From the IMG/VR virus record IMGVR_UViG_3300012956_000016, positions 1 through 64,000 of that record: a stretch of DNA of 64,000 bases. The stretch is one strand, 5' to 3'. Below the pieces are notes generated by a model. The model made no database searches and was not told where the DNA came from. It worked only from the letters and a program-made list of their open reading frames with translations. Origin of the DNA: a virus. Lineage: Duplodnaviria; Caudoviricetes. Within the stretch, counting starts at the first letter, position 1; each line of letters opens with the position of its first letter. The translations under genes were made by a program, and so were the position numbers. This document shows, one piece after another, positions 28,601-38,700 of this stretch.

Positions 28601-31600
28601 TGCAGATGAAGTAGGAAAGCAACGATTAGAAAACAACATCGGTCTTCTTGATTATGTTTTAAGAAACTTTGGTAATGTTGATGAGTTAACTGACAACAAA
28701 GAAGGTCAAGGTATGATCTCTTATCATCAGTTAAAATCTAAGTACATCTCTGATGAAGAGCGTGAAGCTTTCTTAGATAACAACGAACAAAACCAAAACG
28801 AAGAAGATAAATACTCTAAAGGTAAAGAAGGATATGATCGTGGTGGTAATGAGTCTTCATTAGAAGACCAAGCTAGTACCGAAGTTCTTTACATGATTAG
28901 ATCTTTACATAAAACTAATTTAAACGGTGAAGTAGTTTTAAATAAATTAGGTGTTCCTGAGCTTGCTGGTTTTGAACAAGTATGGACTCGTCTTGCACGT
29001 ATATTACAAAACACTTTGAACATAGATGATATGTATCAAAAGTTAGTAGTAGAGTCTAGTACATTTCCACCAGCAAAACAGTTACTAAACAAACTTGGTC
29101 CAGTAAGAACTGAAAGTTCAAGTGAGTTCGCTATGTGGACAAACTTCTGGCAAGCATTCAATAAGACTCGTATTCCTTTAATCCAAATGACTCTTGAGAA
29201 AACTACTCTTGATGACAATGGATCGAAAACAAGTCCTAGCTATTCAGTACGTATTGGTGAAGCATCTGCTGATTACAAGAAAGTTGGCCAACGATGGGAG
29301 AATTACTTTAAGACTTCCTATGACAACCCGTATATCAAAACAGATAGCTTTGGTTCAAACTTCCTGGATGTTAAAAAGGTCCTTGATGATTTTCCTCAAA
29401 ACACTTTAGATGGAAGAGAGTTCGAGTTCTTTAACGCGATAGGAATGAGACTGTCAGATAAGGATGAGATCCATGATGGTATTCGTAAACAAAGTATAGG
29501 TAAAGCACGATCTATTCGTAGTGCTTTATACTCTATAAATCAAAGAGGTAATATCACAGTTGACAGTGTAGGGTCTATTGTAAAAGAATACCCTGCACTT
29601 ACTATCGGTGAGATTACTTATCCTAAGATCCCAGGAGAGAAAAGAAACTATAACAAGCTTCAAGAATTAGAAGCAAGATACTCTGATGACTTTTCTAACT
29701 TCATGGTTACAAATGCTGAGGGTAATAGTCAGTTCGAGCATTCACTTAATAACTCTTTAACTGTTATTACAAATACAGTAAACAGAGTTAACAGTTATGA
29801 TGAGTTGATACAGATTCCTTATATGTCTTACTTAGACATTAATCGTAATCCTTTTGCTAAGGCTTCTATCTGGCTTAACTCTATCTTTGATATGAGTAAA
29901 CCTGGTCGTCCTAAGAGAAGACAATCAGATGATCCTAAGTCAGAGTTTGTGAATATCAATCTTCAAAACTTATCTGGTGTTGCCATGTTAGAAAATGGTA
30001 ACTCTACAGATGAAGGTGTTGCTTCTGCGAAAGCTGATGAGTTCACTAAGATGATTTTGGATTTCCACTTAGCTGTAGTTAATGGTACACCAGAGTTAAT
30101 GCGACATGCTGATAAAGGAACTTCGTTTTCTTTATGGTTAAGTAATGTCAATACTAAGTCTGAGACTAAACGATTATATATAGACACTTCTTCTTTCGTT
30201 ACAGTTAACGATCGTACACCAGGATATGTTGAAGCATTCCAACTTATATCTCCTTACATAGGAGCAGAGTTAGAACGTATAAAAGAAATGAAAAGATTAT
30301 CTGTTGAAGGAGTTAACAACTTTGATTTTAACTATCTTGAGAGAGGTAAAGACTTTGTTATTTTTGATGACGTGTTATCTCGTAAAACTAAGAAGAGATT
30401 ATTAAACTTACCTTATCCTCTTACAGAATATATGAGAGGAGGATCTTTAGAAGATGCAAGTCTTATCTCAGATATGTTTAATGATTTCACAAACTACTTT
30501 GAAACACAAGTAAGTGATGTTGATACACAGTTATCTAAAGCTAAGTTTGTTGCTGATAGTTTAATCAGCCAGGTAAAAGCAGAAGCTACTAAGAAAAACA
30601 TTAAAGGTGTGAATGAGATATCAGCATACAAAGCTGCTATATCTTCTTTCGTGTTTAACAGTTGGATCCATAACATTGAATCTATTGCTTTTATATATGG
30701 TGACTTAGCTCAGTACAACATGGCTAAAGAAGAGTTTCATAAACGTAATGCTGGTATGGCTTCTACCGGGGATATATTCCGTACAGATAGAAGTGCCATC
30801 GATTATGCTAACAAAGTACTTGGACAAAAATATGCTGATTCTCTAAACATTCCTATTACACCATTCGATGGAACATTTAGTTCTGCAGTAATGGGAGATA
30901 ACGAGATAGGATCAAAATACTACGAACAGTATCTTAAAGCTATTGGAGATCCTAAAGCTGCTGAGGCATATGCTGAAGGTAAGATGACTGAAGGTGATGC
31001 ACAAGGTTGGATTACTTTTGACTCATACCGACACATGTTAAACCTTGAAGGTAAGTGGAGTAAGAAACAAGAAGCTTTATATCAAAAAATAGTTTCTGGT
31101 GCAGAAGTTAGTAATGAAGATACTAAAGAGTTCTTCCCTACTAAAAAGGTGCAATACTTTGGTCCACTTGATACTAATGGTTTACCTATCACAGCTTTCC
31201 ATAAGTTCTCTTTATTCCCTTTAATACCAACAGTTATCAAAGGAACTAATCTTGAGAACTTACACAAGAAGATGATGATGGAAGGCGTTAACTATGGTCT
31301 CTTCAAATCAGGATCTAAAGTAGGAACAATAACTAAAGCAGGTAAGACAGATAAGTTTTACTCTGATCAAAATACACGTACGTTATCAGAAGAACCATTT
31401 ACAAAGAACCGTATCTTCTTAGAGTTTTTAAAGGATCAGTTAGAAATAGCTCCTAAGTTTAAAAACAAAGTTATCTTCTCAACTCAGTTAAGAAAGTTAA
31501 TTGAAGATGGTTTAATGGAAGGTGGAGTACCTACTGATTACAAACAAGAAAGATCTATCTCAGATAGAAGAGCTGAATGGGCAAGACTTAACGAAGCCGA

Positions 31601-34600
31601 AAGATTAAAAACTTCTCCTCGTTATAAACTCATGAAAGCTTATGAACATAATGTTCGTACTCTTACAGATGTAAGAAAGAAAGAGCTTTTACATGAAGCT
31701 GGTTGGAAGATGGAAAACGGTAAGCCAACGGGTAGTATTGAGAAGTTATTAGAGTTTGTATCAAAAGAATTAGCTAGACAAGATCTTGCGGATCATGAGT
31801 TAGACTTTATACAAGTTGGTTCTGATGGTAAGATTAAGCATGACTTATCTATGTCGTTAAGTGCTGATAAAATCGAAAGATTATTAAATGCATTAGTGAC
31901 TCGTAGATTAGTAAGACAAAAAGTTAATGGTGAAGGTCTTATCCAAGTATCTGGTGCCGGCTTTGAAAACATGACTGCTTACACTAATCCTGAAGCAAAA
32001 GATTTAGCTAAATGGGGTACGAATGACTTGCCAACTTATCACCAAGGTGTAGATGGAAAGACTACTGCTATGAAAGTTAAGATAGCTATACAAGGACAGT
32101 TCGAGAAGTTACTTAATCTTGATGATGTAAAAAACTATGCGTACGATAATAGTGTGGATAGACTTACAGCTCTTAACCATCTTATCAAAGATAATGATTG
32201 GTTGAACAGAGATAACAATCGTAGAGCAGTTACTATGGTTGGTGTTCGTATTCCGGTACAAGGTCTTAACTCTATGGAGTTCATGGAAGTGTATGAGTTC
32301 TTACCTAAAGCTGCAGGTAACATTATTGTTCCACCAGCTGAGATCGTTGCTAAGTCTGGATCCGATTTCGATATTGATAAGTTGACAGTTATGATGCCAA
32401 CTTTCAAGATGATGGATAAGAAATTAGAAGTAGCAAGACAGTACTCTCCAAGTGAAATAAAAGATCTTTATGAGAAAGCTAAGAAAGCTAAAGTTGAAAA
32501 AGCTTTATTAAAAGACTTTGATGGTAACTTAATACATACAGATTCAAGACGTAAAGTTCGTGATGAAAGTGGTGAGTGGGTTGAAAGAACCTTCGATCCT
32601 TATTTATACAACGATATGTTAAGAAAGATCTTTGGTGTAGATATGGAGAACCTTGATGAGGAACTTGTAAGTGAGATCTTATCTGAAGAAAAGATGCCAA
32701 CTTTCGAAGAGTTCTCTGATAAGATAAATGGTTCAAAAGCTGTAGAGAATGATTTAATCTGGAACATCCGTCAAATCTTAGAGTTGCCTGAAAACTTCTC
32801 TAACTTAATCAGACCTAATGGTACAGATATTGTTGAACCTTTAGCTCGTGAGTTACAAGATCAAGTTATGGAATACAACCCTAAGAAACGTGTATTTGCT
32901 AACGAAGAAAAATCAAAACAAGTATCAGGAACAAGAGTTCTTGAGCTTAACTATAACTTATACAAACACAGTTCTAATAACATCGGTAAACAAACTTTAG
33001 GTTTGGGTGCTGTTGATAATACATACAACGTAGTGTTTAACCGTATTGGAGCAAGGATGAATCCAAGCTTTATGTCTGGTCGTGGTAAAAGTAAGTATGA
33101 AAAACGTTTAACACTTCTTCTACCACATAATACAATCGATGTAGAAGATAAGAAAGCTATATCACTTTCTCATATATTAGATGCTGAGAATAATAATAAG
33201 ATCTCCGATGTTATCTCTCAGCTTATGAATGGTTGGGTGGATATCGCAAAGGATGCCTGGATCTTTAATATCCAAGGTAATAAAGAGATTGCACCTAGTT
33301 TGTTGTTTATGATACAAGCTGGTGTTCCTTTCAAGACAGCTGTATACTTAGTATCTCAGCCTCTTGTACGTGAATACATCCGACAACAAAAACTGGCCAA
33401 AAGTACATTCGCTGATCCTTTAGGTAAAGCAGCAGCTAATCCTGCATTCTTTAGAAGTAAAGCCCGTGAAGTTATTTTGGAAAGTCCTCGTTATGGATTT
33501 GACTTAGTTGCTTCTCAAATGAAACAAGGTACTTTTGAAAGAGCTTTATATGATAGAACTCTTGAACTTACTGCTGCTAACAAATCAGCATTTAATCAAG
33601 ACAGTTTAAAAGCTGTTATCAAAAGCTACTCAGAGACTACTAAGAAAGGTGAGTTACATCAAACTACTGATGCTGAAAGAGCTACCTTCTTACACTTCCT
33701 TGAGATTGAGAATATGACCAAGGCTGTACGTGATATCAAGATGAAAATGAACTTTGATACTTCTAAGTCAGCTACTTTGTTTGATGCACAAAACAGACAG
33801 TTAATGGTAGAAGATCTTAAGAACGATGGAAGGATTCCTGATAACATTGTAAATGATATCTTGGAGAACTCTCCTATAGGTAGTTTTTATATTCAACCGT
33901 TCCAGTTAGAGATCTGGAAAGACTTGTTTAAACTAAGAAACCATCCGGTATTGAACCAATACTTAATGGACAAGTTCAAAGCAGGTAACCAAGATGATGT
34001 AACTAACACATACGGTGACTCTGAAAAGTTTGCTAATGAGTTCAGAAATGATTTCATGAGTTTCATCTTCCAAAATAAAGTAAGAGAGTTTGACTTAGAT
34101 GCTCCTTCTTACAAAGGATTAACTTTAAATACAGAGATACCAGTTAAAACTGTGGCTAGCTTAGTGTTTGGTGCCATTGTAAAACAAGACACAGTAAGTC
34201 CTATCTTATATGTAGATAAAGAACAACTTAAAAAAGACTTTGTTAACAAAAACTTTTCAACTGAGTCTTACATAAAAAGAGGTCTTGCAACTGTTGCTCC
34301 TAATGCATTCCCTTATTCAAGAGATTACTACAAGTTTGTGTTCGAACGTGAATACTTACGTGCTTTATATCCTATTGATAAGTTGGTTCAGTCTGAAGAC
34401 TTCCAAGATAAATACGAGCATAACTTAAGTAATAGAAAGAATCTTAAAGAAGGTGAGAGTGATCAAACTTTTGCTAAGAGAATGAAAGGTGTTACTTACG
34501 AAGAGATGCTTAGAGATATGGCCCTGGATAATACTTTCAATGGTTGGAAGATCTTCAAAAGTAATAACACTTACGCGGATCAGTTCTTACGTATACGTGA

Positions 34601-35729
34601 GAAGTATCCTGAGTTAGCTAATGATTTCTCTATTATCAAAAGCTTGTCTTTATCTACTAGTAAGACAGGTTACAAAAACTTAAAGCTTAACGATACTATA
34701 TTAGATGCTGAAAAGATTGAAGTGTTAAACGAAAACTTAACAGCTTTAGCTAACCCTAATAATAAGAAAGTTGAGGACCCTCTTGAAAATGAAAGAATAA
34801 GTCAGTTCTTTGGTAGATTTACTACCTATGCTTTCTTACAGTCAGGTTTAAACACTAAGAGTTCTTTCTCTTTAGTGAGACTTGTTCCACAAGATGGCTT
34901 CATACGTATGATGGAAGAACCTGTTAAAGACTATATCCAAAATCTTAACCCGGTTACCATGCAGAAGTATTACGAAAGATTCGTTAATCAAAATAACGTT
35001 ATGAATCGTATGAACCGTGTTAGGTATAAAGATTATGCTATGGATAAAGTAGACTTATCAAAAGACCAAAAAGGAACAGTTGTTAGCGATGCTAAGTTAG
35101 AAGAGGCTAGTACTTTAAATCCTGAAGCTTATTTATTTAGTAAAGATTATGCCGGAAACAACTTATATGATGCTGAGGATCTTAACATGGTTACTGCGAA
35201 AAAACTTGTAGCAGATAACCCTAATACAGTATTCGTATATAACGGAGCAACTGAATCAAGTTTAAACCCAACTAAATACGACTTCAGTATACACAGTGCT
35301 GCAGAAACTATGGGTAACACATTTGGTATTCCTACTAGAAAAAACTACGGTAACATCAATAACTCTTTCAGTGACATATTAACTGAAGCTGGTGTACATA
35401 TGATCGACCCTAAAAACAAGGAGTTGATTGATAATAACATAGCTGCTTTAATAGAACTTAGAAACCAGGGAGCTGAGATAGCTTTCAGTGTTGCTGGTTA
35501 TGGTCAGTATATGATTGGGGCCAATGATTCTAATGGATTAAATCCTGACCTTGTTAAGGCAAAAGCTCCTAAAACTTTCTTATATTTGTCTGAGCAGTTA
35601 TTCAGAAACTTTGGTTATAAAAACCGTAATTATGCTGATACTGGTACCGGCCGTAAAGTCATTCAGTCTACACAAGAAGTGAGTGATGATATGGTAAGAG
35701 ATATGTTAAACCATTGTTTTAATTTTTAA
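25641..35729 (+). CDS. Virion-packaged single-polypeptide double-psi-beta-barrel RNA polymerase, fused to a zincin-like domain
   Basis: RIPVQG (32247) and GSDFDIDK (DFDID at 32364-32378) match the crAss/phi14:2-type RNAP active site; EGDAQGWI block; HEAWH (27852-27866) followed by EEFLAE. Confidence 0.9.
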   Translation: MNCALNIEQQRALFRKVYGDLNDLKSSGQPFLVKDYIQSVYNLIYTKTGDHAMALDYSRLVPHYIMRSMIKDEDLMDHLLSNGFDLGAINSLKRKFTQQIENVEQYIGNNNEALKDLKNLQEQVIQNGAKLEPNPLRATGVKPTASQEFRAIPPTALADRGQEALSMKEGDPNFNVPNPDVAFYYKVKRKLIEMISEPGADFDSRNVNFPGFGKIFLTIMPSSKIPEDQLYPGTPVNSDAHKKGLSMVITDDYGIPMKFNNDLELDFGRGKMAYYHIRKTEGLVDGENINLAAEDYNAADALVRQSGITKDEAIAVIKQQIKFINDLREYINKDTENNTIRAHINGGSMGYAFNDYVKIKNPLASVNFTGDSFDPFQAREDNVQRGLVKGFTYFYTKGMLDTPVEVKLSELNTEMKDKLVTLFSDNLFEKDPSGNVFSLSPADRQAFIDNYIKTGPDTIQLIPNNDNKTYAVMIKGEKIDMSDPVLARQTISDYFNSVAPTKSVAANRIPSGATIVRDTDPDYLSKIKQGDYVEMLVDGKTKFRLVEGKKLHINNKSLNKNFDDVTFDKTSEGATYIVRNVTPYNEFIKNNFHIDYQLNAENKLLKLNAYITFAPLDSEIEKIYPTNTEIEKAETTAPVNNTTSTGPADVTAIDDLLGDVFNNPEFNKLLDQKDKSLEATKQQVQEAKEWYSNHLLSKHFPFHTLFNVINTRTPDAVASWTMHGVTLYKGADYSDLYHEAWHGFSQAFLPKEERSNLYNESKKLKGSFTDYKGNSVKFSEANDLQIEEFLAEDFRTYMLNGKSRTGSPVRNSIFRRILNFLRELFGNSSVIDINNNDQAVRTIHELYEKLRVGNLNEMSFNAENRNFDILYKGMVAINPEEQQKSLNYENSKLMVDTIDSLLSEFIDRANLGLLDKEKLRAAELTNKAKINIITPTEREELKGLQSRQSYKYTSSLLKSSEGLRRAYKYAQTRLATIKNNMDEAVKTADEVGKQRLENNIGLLDYVLRNFGNVDELTDNKEGQGMISYHQLKSKYISDEEREAFLDNNEQNQNEEDKYSKGKEGYDRGGNESSLEDQASTEVLYMIRSLHKTNLNGEVVLNKLGVPELAGFEQVWTRLARILQNTLNIDDMYQKLVVESSTFPPAKQLLNKLGPVRTESSSEFAMWTNFWQAFNKTRIPLIQMTLEKTTLDDNGSKTSPSYSVRIGEASADYKKVGQRWENYFKTSYDNPYIKTDSFGSNFLDVKKVLDDFPQNTLDGREFEFFNAIGMRLSDKDEIHDGIRKQSIGKARSIRSALYSINQRGNITVDSVGSIVKEYPALTIGEITYPKIPGEKRNYNKLQELEARYSDDFSNFMVTNAEGNSQFEHSLNNSLTVITNTVNRVNSYDELIQIPYMSYLDINRNPFAKASIWLNSIFDMSKPGRPKRRQSDDPKSEFVNINLQNLSGVAMLENGNSTDEGVASAKADEFTKMILDFHLAVVNGTPELMRHADKGTSFSLWLSNVNTKSETKRLYIDTSSFVTVNDRTPGYVEAFQLISPYIGAELERIKEMKRLSVEGVNNFDFNYLERGKDFVIFDDVLSRKTKKRLLNLPYPLTEYMRGGSLEDASLISDMFNDFTNYFETQVSDVDTQLSKAKFVADSLISQVKAEATKKNIKGVNEISAYKAAISSFVFNSWIHNIESIAFIYGDLAQYNMAKEEFHKRNAGMASTGDIFRTDRSAIDYANKVLGQKYADSLNIPITPFDGTFSSAVMGDNEIGSKYYEQYLKAIGDPKAAEAYAEGKMTEGDAQGWITFDSYRHMLNLEGKWSKKQEALYQKIVSGAEVSNEDTKEFFPTKKVQYFGPLDTNGLPITAFHKFSLFPLIPTVIKGTNLENLHKKMMMEGVNYGLFKSGSKVGTITKAGKTDKFYSDQNTRTLSEEPFTKNRIFLEFLKDQLEIAPKFKNKVIFSTQLRKLIEDGLMEGGVPTDYKQERSISDRRAEWARLNEAERLKTSPRYKLMKAYEHNVRTLTDVRKKELLHEAGWKMENGKPTGSIEKLLEFVSKELARQDLADHELDFIQVGSDGKIKHDLSMSLSADKIERLLNALVTRRLVRQKVNGEGLIQVSGAGFENMTAYTNPEAKDLAKWGTNDLPTYHQGVDGKTTAMKVKIAIQGQFEKLLNLDDVKNYAYDNSVDRLTALNHLIKDNDWLNRDNNRRAVTMVGVRIPVQGLNSMEFMEVYEFLPKAAGNIIVPPAEIVAKSGSDFDIDKLTVMMPTFKMMDKKLEVARQYSPSEIKDLYEKAKKAKVEKALLKDFDGNLIHTDSRRKVRDESGEWVERTFDPYLYNDMLRKIFGVDMENLDEELVSEILSEEKMPTFEEFSDKINGSKAVENDLIWNIRQILELPENFSNLIRPNGTDIVEPLARELQDQVMEYNPKKRVFANEEKSKQVSGTRVLELNYNLYKHSSNNIGKQTLGLGAVDNTYNVVFNRIGARMNPSFMSGRGKSKYEKRLTLLLPHNTIDVEDKKAISLSHILDAENNNKISDVISQLMNGWVDIAKDAWIFNIQGNKEIAPSLLFMIQAGVPFKTAVYLVSQPLVREYIRQQKLAKSTFADPLGKAAANPAFFRSKAREVILESPRYGFDLVASQMKQGTFERALYDRTLELTAANKSAFNQDSLKAVIKSYSETTKKGELHQTTDAERATFLHFLEIENMTKAVRDIKMKMNFDTSKSATLFDAQNRQLMVEDLKNDGRIPDNIVNDILENSPIGSFYIQPFQLEIWKDLFKLRNHPVLNQYLMDKFKAGNQDDVTNTYGDSEKFANEFRNDFMSFIFQNKVREFDLDAPSYKGLTLNTEIPVKTVASLVFGAIVKQDTVSPILYVDKEQLKKDFVNKNFSTESYIKRGLATVAPNAFPYSRDYYKFVFEREYLRALYPIDKLVQSEDFQDKYEHNLSNRKNLKEGESDQTFAKRMKGVTYEEMLRDMALDNTFNGWKIFKSNNTYADQFLRIREKYPELANDFSIIKSLSLSTSKTGYKNLKLNDTILDAEKIEVLNENLTALANPNNKKVEDPLENERISQFFGRFTTYAFLQSGLNTKSSFSLVRLVPQDGFIRMMEEPVKDYIQNLNPVTMQKYYERFVNQNNVMNRMNRVRYKDYAMDKVDLSKDQKGTVVSDAKLEEASTLNPEAYLFSKDYAGNNLYDAEDLNMVTAKKLVADNPNTVFVYNGATESSLNPTKYDFSIHSAAETMGNTFGIPTRKNYGNINNSFSDILTEAGVHMIDPKNKELIDNNIAALIELRNQGAEIAFSVAGYGQYMIGANDSNGLNPDLVKAKAPKTFLYLSEQLFRNFGYKNRNYADTGTGRKVIQSTQEVSDDMVRDMLNHCFNF

Positions 35730-35731
35730 AG

Positions 35732-38700
35732 ATGAACATTTGTCCAAATACTAATACACCTGAGTGGAAAGCTTTAGAACACGCTGTAGGAAGATATGAA
35801 GCCATGAGAGACTTCATGGAACATAATGGTGAGATAAGAACACCAGAAGAAGTGATTCAAAAGATTGAAGCTCGTAATGATGAATATGCTGATATCGTAG
35901 CCCAAAGAGAAGCTGAGGAAGACAAGATTAAAAACCTTGATCCTTTACAAGCTTTTAAACAAGCTTTGAAAATAGTAAAGAAAGAACTTAGCACAAGAGA
36001 GCGAGCTTCCATTAACAGTAGAGTAAGATCTATTAACCAAAAACTTGGGACTTCTTTCTACATCAAGTTTAAACCTGTAGGTCAAGCTGACTTATGGACC
36101 TGGGAAATAATGGATATGGCTGCGGGTGGTAGAACAGCTCAGCTTACTGCATTCTTTAGAGATGAATCTTTAAATGATATAGCAGAACAAATTATGGGTT
36201 CAGAAGATATGACAGTAGTATCTACTGATCAAGCTCGTTCTGTTGAGATTGCAACTAAGTTATGTGAAGAATTAAAAGCTCAGTTTGGTATAGACTACAA
36301 TGTAGTTACTGCTGAACAAGCTACTGAGATAACCAAAGATGCTATTAATCCATGGAATGGTGAGAGTGCTTTCTTTATAGGAGATACTGTTTACTTTGTT
36401 GGTAGTAACTTAACTACTGGTAAAGTATTACATGAATACGGACATCCTTTGTTACGTAGTATCTCAAGATCAAACCCAGTATTATTTGGTAACTTATTTC
36501 AAAAGTTAGCTGGTCAATCAGAAGGACAGTTTATTATCAATCAAGTAAAGCAGCTTTATCCAGAGATCAGTGAAGATGATAACTTCTTCAAAGAAGAATG
36601 TCTTGTAAGATCGTTTGCTAAAGATGCTGAGAATAAACTAACAGGTCAAACTAGCTCGGAAGGATTTGCTAAGTTTTTAAAAGACTTCTTATATGCAATT
36701 AAACAGATGCTGCGAAAAGTATTTGGTCAAGGTATAGATGTTTCTAATTTAGACTCTTCTACAACCATTGATGAGCTAGCTGATATGTTAATCAAAGGTA
36801 AGAAGTTTGTTATCACAACAGAACAAGTATCTGATACAGATATTGCTGCTTACGTACGTGATCAACAAAGTTACATCGATGACTTAATGAAAGTAGATCC
36901 TAGTGAACTACAGGCCCTCACTAACCGTGGTTTTGATATTGCTTCAAAACATATAGATGTTGTTCTTAAAAATAAGAACTATTCTGAAATGGTAAACATC
37001 TTAGCTGATGAGTTCAACCGCGGTGACTTACAAGAGATCCGTAAAAACTTATCTGCTTATAAAACAGAACTACACGATAAGACTGAGAAGCTTGGTAAAG
37101 ATATAGATTATACTAAGAACCAAGTATCTTCATTAGTTAATACATTATTCCGTCTTGATACCATGGCTGAAAAGATAAGACTTCATATGGAGGATATATC
37201 TAAACAGCCTGATAACATTGACAACTTACATAAAGCTTATTACTATGATTACTTGCTTAAGTATTGGACACAGTTCATACATGAAGCAAAACAAAACATA
37301 GATAAACACGATATACATTCTGACTCAGGTGTTGCAAGATTAGTATCAAGTATTGATAGATCTTTTACGAGATCTAAAAAACTTACTACAGACATGTACC
37401 GCGAAGGTGTTAAAGATATTTTATACCAAGAGCTTAAACCAATGTCAGAAACTATCGATAGTAAATACAACAACATTATCAAAGGTCTTAAAGAAAAGAA
37501 TGCTCCTCAAAGCATCATATCTAAATGGACCAAAGAATACGAAGCTTTAAAACTATCTCCTGAAAAGATCGAGAAGTTATTACGAGGTGAACTTGGTGAT
37601 GCCGGTGCCTTCAACAGTTTCTTCGAAGGTTATCTCTACAGCAATGATCCTGTTATCGGAGGATTTGCTTTATATGTTAAGAACCAAATGAATGATGTAT
37701 TAGTTAAAGCTCAAGCTAACTATAATAACTTTGCTAATAAGATGGCTCCTCTATTAAAAGAGGTAGGATATAATCCTACAAACATTGGAGAGCTTGGTAA
37801 GAAAGTAGGATTTATTGATACTATTGGACGTAGAGATGAAGAAGGTAACTTAGTAGAGAAAAAAGTATGGACTCTATTAAACCCATTCAAGAGCTACCGT
37901 TTCAAACAAGATGAAACAAGACATAACATCGAACTTGCACAAAGAAAGTTTTCTGATACAAACTCAGAAGAAGATCGTCAAGCAGTTATGAACTTGATAG
38001 CTGAGAATAAGAAACATTTACGTGATTTCTTTAACCAGGAATATGTACCAGAGTTTTATGAAAGACAAGCCCTATTAGAAGTAGATGAAATAGGAAAAGA
38101 AGCTAGTTATGAAAGAGACAGGATATTTGAACAGATGCGTTTATTATCTGAGCCGGCAACATCTGAAATGGATGTATTTGGTATCTCAGAACAGATCGAT
38201 GAATTATGGAGAGAGTATAGACAACTACATTCCTTACTTGATCTTAATGGTGATAAAAAAACTGGTAAAGAAGCTGATATAGCTCAACGTCTTCGTCAGT
38301 ATCGCGAAGAGTCTCGCAAGTTCTATGAGTTCAAAGAACGTACAGGTGTTTTTCAAAATGCATTGTTATCTTTCGAACAAGAACTTGTAGATAAAGGATA
38401 CAGCAAAGACAGTCAAGAGTTTGATGTATTAAGAAGTGAGTGGTTGAAGAAGAACACAAGGATAGTAATCAAAGAAGAGTTTTACGAAAGACGTAATGAC
38501 ATCTTTGATCGTATCCAACAAATTACTTCGAAATTACCAGACACTGAGAAAAAGAAAGTAGACTTTACAGAAGCATGGCAAGATATCTTGGATGCTGTCT
38601 CTGGTTTCAGAGATGATGATGGTCAGCCTATTGGTAGTGATATGAGTGAAGGTCGTATTGAAGTAGTTAAGAAAAGACAAGAAGAAATAAATAAAGCTCA

